This document shows positions 58,801-64,000 of a stretch of DNA of 64,000 bases, piece after piece (positions within the stretch are counted from its first letter, which is position 1; the number at the start of each line of letters is the position of its first letter). This stretch comes from the human T2T-CHM13v2.0 reference genome, Homo sapiens: assembly GCF_009914755.1 (NCBI RefSeq), contig NC_060933.1. One strand, written 5' to 3'. The position numbers were made by a program, and so were the translations under genes. The notes beneath the pieces are model-generated. The model made no database searches, had not been told where the DNA came from, and saw only the letters and a list, made by a program, of their open reading frames with translations.

Positions 58801-60430
58801 TAAGTAGATAAATTTATAGAAAATATCAGCTTACCAAAGTCAATTCAAGGAAACATAGAATATTTGAAAAGTTCTATATCTATTAAGGAAATTGAATCCA
58901 CAGTTTAAAATTTTCACAAATAAGTCTCTAGTTCTAGATGGCTTAACTTCCAAATTGTTCCAAATATTTAAGGAAGATATAACATTAATTTTAGGTAAAA
59001 TTTCTAAAAATCAAAAGAAAGACAAAGAAACATTCCCTACTGTTTTCATGTGGCCAACGTAATACTGACACCAAACTGGACAAAGGTAGCAAAATACATA
59101 AAAATTACAAGTCAACATCTGGAACATAGTTATAAAAATCATAAACAAAAATATGTCAATAGTAAATCCTATGATATATAGAAAGGCTAACACATCAGAA
59201 TCAAGTTGGATTTTCTAAAAATAGAAGATTAATTAATGTTTGAAAAATCATTGAAATTAATAAACAAAATAAAAAAGAAAATCATATATTTATATTAATA
59301 GGAGCAGAAAATGTATTTGATAAAATTAAAAATGGTTTATCATAGAAACATTTAATAGCAACCAGCAAACGAATAACAAAGAAGAAATTCTCTTTCTGAT
59401 GAAGGGTATTCTACAACATACTTACAGCCAACATCATACTTAATGGCGAGATATTGAAGCTTTTCCTCTCTTATCAGGAACAAGATAGGGTCCTAGCTCC
59501 TGCAAGCAGGCAAGGAAAAGAAAGAAAGTATATAAGAATTGAAATTGATGCAATAAAATTTTCGTTGTTCACTGCTGACATGATGTGAACATAGAACATA
59601 GAAAATCCCCCCAAAATTACAAAAATTTAAAAAGTGAGTTTAACAAACACTGGATAAAATGTCAATATACAAATATCGACTGATTTTCTATATATTAGCA
59701 AAATAATTAAGAGATTCAAAATTTTGAATTAAAAAAATTTACAGTAGCATCAAATAACATCAACTCTCTAGAATAAATGCAATGGAAGATTTGTAAATCT
59801 TCACTGAAAACTAAGTAACTATACAGAAAAAAGTTAAAGAAGACCAAAATAATGGAGGAATAAACCATATTTACTGATTGGAAGGCTCAACATTAAAAAG
59901 ATATTAGTTCTCCTATATGGACTTATAGGTCCCATGCAATTCGAGGTTTGTTTATTTATTTTCTGTTTCTCTTGAAAAGTAGCATGCTGATTCTTAAATG
60001 TGTATTTAAGAATATACAGTTTTTGATGCAAAGAGGCAAGAATAACTAAGATGATCTTGAACAAGAGGAACCAAGTTGGAGGAAAACATTCTCAAATATG
60101 AAGATTAACATAAAGCTGCTATAAGTAATATAGTGTGATATTGATATAAATACGAATAAAACAGGGGAGAGTCCAAAAAGTGACTCACATATATAAAATC
60201 ACCTAATTTATGACAAAGTGGGGAAGAGCACTGTGAGGAAAAAGATGGTCTTTTAAATAAATAGTGCTGAGTTAATCATATACACACATTTAGAAAAGAA
60301 TCTTACTCCCATCCTACATTGCATGCATGTGTGCACACACAGACACACACTCACACACACAAAATTCTGGGTCCAATCATAGGTCTAAATATAAAAAGCA
60401 AAACAACAAAAGTTCTGGGAAATAATATGG
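55870..60430 (+). mobile_element. Long degenerate L1M (ORF1 and ORF2 pieces)
   Basis: gaggtaatggctgaaaatttccagaactgatgaaaga (ORF1); MEIRKYFKL..TYQNFRD; gttcactgctgacatgat; ttggaaggctcaacattaaaaagat (ORF2). Confidence 0.8.
58319..58625 (+). mobile_element. AluJ nested in L1M
   Basis: gaaggatcacttgaggccagaagttcaag; gtgagctatgattgtgcc. Confidence 0.9.
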
Positions 60431-61809
60431 GGATTACAGAGGCTGGAATTTCTCTGTCATATCCAGAACTCTCTGAAGAGATGCAATCCGTTTCAGAGAC
60501 TGCCCAAGGGAGAGGAGGAGGGGAGTAAAGAAAGTTGGGGTGGGGTTGGAGAGATCCCCGGCTTCTCTGCAATTCCACCTTTAATCCCCTGCCAGTGACT
60601 ACCTTGCGGGACCTAGGTAAAAATATGTTGTCCAGGGAGCTTGGAAATAGAGCAGAGTGGGGGAGAGAAGAGAAATGGATCCGAGAGCAAATAAAAAATT
60701 AAAACAAAACAAACAAAGGCTTTCAATCATTATGTCCAAAATTATTGGTAATGATTTCTTATATTGCCACTCCTCTTCATTATTTTTGGATAACTCTGTT
60801 CCATATTAGATGATTCCAGAAAGCTCATAGAGGGAATATGGTAATGATTGAAAATAAGTGTATTTTATTTCACTGTCCTATTATTTATTACTTACCTTTC
60901 TTCAACGTTTAAAAATTCAATTTGATTTTTTTAAAAGAAAAGGCTCCAGTTGGAAATTTTAAAGCCACTTAATATTTGTCATCTATCTATCTATCTATCT
61001 GAATATATATTCCGAAATATAACAATAAGTAGAATAACTAGTGTTGCCAATGTATTCAATATAATCCTTGACTCTTATTCAGTCTTTAAATTGTTAGGAG
61101 GAGCTGAGGGGAAGAAAAAAACCCAACAAACGCCAAATTGGTTCCAAGAATGGCTTTCCTTTTTAGCCAGTGTCACATTTTTCACAGGATGGGGGAAAAA
61201 GCTTTAGTGGTTGCATGCTGTTCTTGGGTAATACTTTTTAGTAATGCAAGAGCTTAGTTTGCTGGGTAACTTGATTACTCTAGAGGGCATGCTATTAGCA
61301 GAGTGGGAAGAAATCAAAAGAAAAAAATAATTTACATTAAGGCCACAGGCATGCCATACAATACAATTACTTCAGGTTTTATATCCAAAAAGCTATTATA
61401 CTTTTTTTTTTTCCATTCTTTTAGCACTGTTGTATTCTGGTAAGGGGTTTTATGAGAGGCAAGAAATGGATGCTAGCCCAGAAAAGCCCAAGAGATTGTT
61501 TTGTGAATGAACGAGGCCTGATGGTGGTAATAAGTCCATATGGATTTTTCTTTACAGGCTCTTTCTAATGAGCTGTGATTATCTATGGATAATCAATTCA
61601 CTTCTTTTACTTTAGTTTTCACATGGAAATGATCATTCTAGTTTTCATTACAGAAGTGCTATATGCACAAAGGAGACAATATATACAAAGTGCTTTTGTA
61701 TACCGGAGAGAAAAGTACAGTGTCCTTCAGAATCATTACCCAGGATCTCATTAATTATTATTCACTTATACAGTAGGAATTATCATGAGGAAAGAGGATC
61801 TTGGAGTTA

Positions 61810-63000
61810 ACATTAGTTAGGACAGGTTAGGTTATGTTGGAGTAACAAATTAATCCCCACATCTCAGTGGCTTAACAGAAAAAAGATTTAATTTATATTC
61901 ATTCAGTATATCTTACAGTGGGATGCTTTGCTGCAAATGCTGAGATCTGGCCTGAATAAGCCCTACTATTGTTACTGGCGGGTCTTTGTCCTTAGAGCTC
62001 CCAAGATGGGGGCGGGCCTCTCCCAAGATGGCAGCAAGCCTTTTGTTCTCTGACCTGGGGTTCTTGGCCTCACGGATTCCAAGGAATGGAACCTTGGGCC
62101 GTGCGGTGAGTGGTATAGCTCTATTAGAAGCCGTGGATCACAGAAGAGAACTGTGGAACCCAGCGACTAGTGTTCAGCTCAGTTAGGACGAACCCAGGCA
62201 CTTAGCCTTGCAGGAACAATGGCCAGCCTTTAGCCTGATAGGGAGTGGCAATGGGCGCCTCACTGGATCAGGAGCGCAGTGGACACCGTTCCTGATCCGG
62301 AGGTGGGGAAGTCAGCGGCGGGTCTTCGATGGCGGTAAACAGCAGTGGTGGACGGCAAGCGAAAACTCAGCTCCGGCCGAGCTCCAGCCGTAACAAACAC
62401 GAACCAGAAGAGTGTGCAGGTGCAAGATTTAGTAGAGTGAAAACAGAGCTCCCATACAATGGGAGGGGACCCAAAGGAGGATGCCCTCTCCCAGCTCAAA
62501 TGCCTGGGGTTTATATCCCAATAATTGTCCTTCCCCCTGTGCTCTCAGGCAACATATTGTTTGACTATTTCTTTACCTCCTGCTTTTAGCCTAATTTGTA
62601 TTTTAGTGAGCCCTCTTTACTTCCTGATTGGTCGGGTGTGAGCTGAGTTACAAACCCCGTGTTTAAAGGTTGGTGCAGTCACCTTCTCAGCTAGGCTTAG
62701 GAATTCTTAAGCCAGCCTAGGAAATCCAGCTAGTCCTGTATCTCACTATCACATGTTGATGCCAGCTCACAAACATGATTTCCAGGGTCTACCTGAGAAA
62801 GAAAGAGGGAACACAGAGCATTTAGACCTACTCTGAAGTTCCTTGACCAGAAGTGGCACAAATCACTTTCACTTGCTTTCCATTGGTTAGAAACAGTCAT
62901 GTGACTCCACCTACCTGCAAGATACCTGGGAAGTATAGTCCCATGTGCCTAGGAAGGAGCAGAGAGCCACAGATAGGTGAACACTGTACTCTTAGCCACA
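61810..63000 (-). mobile_element. Old MLT1 LTR (antisense), split by LTR17
   Basis: ggttaggttatgttggagtaacaaa..atctcagtggcttaaca; resumes with gaagtggcacaaatcacttt..ccattggttagaaacagtcatgtg. Confidence 0.75.
61970..62745 (-). mobile_element. LTR17 (HERV-W) solo LTR
   Basis: Minus strand starts tgagatacaggactagctggatttcctaggc and ends cccgccagtaaca; 776 bp; perfect 4-bp TSD ctat (61966-61969 / 62746-62749). Confidence 0.94.
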
Positions 63001-63741
63001 GTCCACTGTATTTCAGTGATTGACATGTGCAAAGGAGCTCATTAAAAAGAAGCTATTTACAGATGAAGGTGACCTTTACTACTCATCTCAGGTACGTCAT
63101 CACAGTAGTGTTTTAGTTTATTTCATTCTTGTCTTGCTTCTAATTGGTAGATGGCCAACCAGAAACAATCCTGGGCTTTAAAATGAGGCATTGGCAGAGA
63201 CACAATTTCTAACCTCAAATATCAGACTCTGAACTGACCACAGAGCTCCTCTCTGAGTTTATGTCAAGTTGTGAGCGTCTGCTTCCATCAGGAAATCCTT
63301 AAATAGTTCATTTTTCCTTCTAGGAGCCTGCTGCTGTGTTCTGGCTAGAGGGAACAGGACCAGGGCCAAGTAAGATCTTGAAATTTAAGATAGAGACATC
63401 TGGTCTGAGTTTTCTGAGAAGCTTATTGAATCCTACATTAATCTAGGCACTCATAATACAGAAACTTTATTTTATAGGCAAGTGAAAGAGATAATTTATG
63501 TTAAAGAGCCTAGCACAGTTTTTGGCATGACTATAGTAGGTGCTCAATAAATGCATCTGTACTTCCTTTGCAAAGGAAGTAAAAATTATACTGGTTTGTA
63601 CTCTGTAAGTAAATGCTGTTTAGTGGAATTCTCATGTAACAATATTCTTCCTACTCCTGTATTTCCATCTGACCATTGGTACAATTATGAAGCTATTAGA
63701 ACTTCTATTCAAAAGAAGGATTTTATTTGAAGCCATGCACT

Positions 63742-64000
63742 TGTGAAAGGAAAATAACTTGGGCCCCCAAACTCACGAAGCTAAAGGGAAAATTCATGTG
63801 GGGAACTGCTTAGGGCAAACCTGCCTCCCATTCTATTCAAAGTCACCCCTCTGCTCACTGAGATAAATGCATATCTGATTGCCTTCTTTAGAAAGGCTCA
63901 TCAGAAACTCAAAAGAATGCAACCAATTGTCTCTCACCTATCTGTGACTTGGAAGCCCCCTTCCCGCTTTGAGTCTTTCTGCCTTTGCTTGGAGTTGTCC
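63742..64000 (+). mobile_element. MER4A/MER4A1 LTR, cut by the window edge
   Basis: tgtgaaaggaaaataacttgggcccccaaa..ggcaaacctgcctcccattctattcaaagtcacccc. Confidence 0.88.

Overview
Human genomic DNA (a human-specific AluYb8 is present), repeat-rich, with no intact protein-coding gene that I can support. It holds two intronless pseudogenes. (1) An ANKRD62/ANKRD26-family processed pseudogene (1205-6979) with target-site duplications (TSDs), poly(A) signal and A-rich tail. It is split by a 5'-inverted (twin-primed) L1PA2-like element, and its 3' end appears to record a spliced isoform joining a MER1-derived donor to an antisense-L1 terminal exon. (2) A near full-length NPAP1 (C15orf2, POM121-family) pseudogene (13403-~17400) with an expanded ~375-bp internal repeat and an internal 128-bp duplication. 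A 32-bp piece of this pseudogene is copied exactly into the MER11 LTR 2.8 kb upstream. The remainder is nested LTRs (MER11, MLT2A in MLT1A, LTR17 in MLT1, MER4A), an ERVL gag remnant, old L1/L2/MIR, Alus, microsatellites and a few enhancer-like or exon-like unique stretches. I found no new biological system; the notable signals are records of splicing, retrotransposition and templated DNA repair. All family names come from my recall of consensus or protein sequences, not from database searches.
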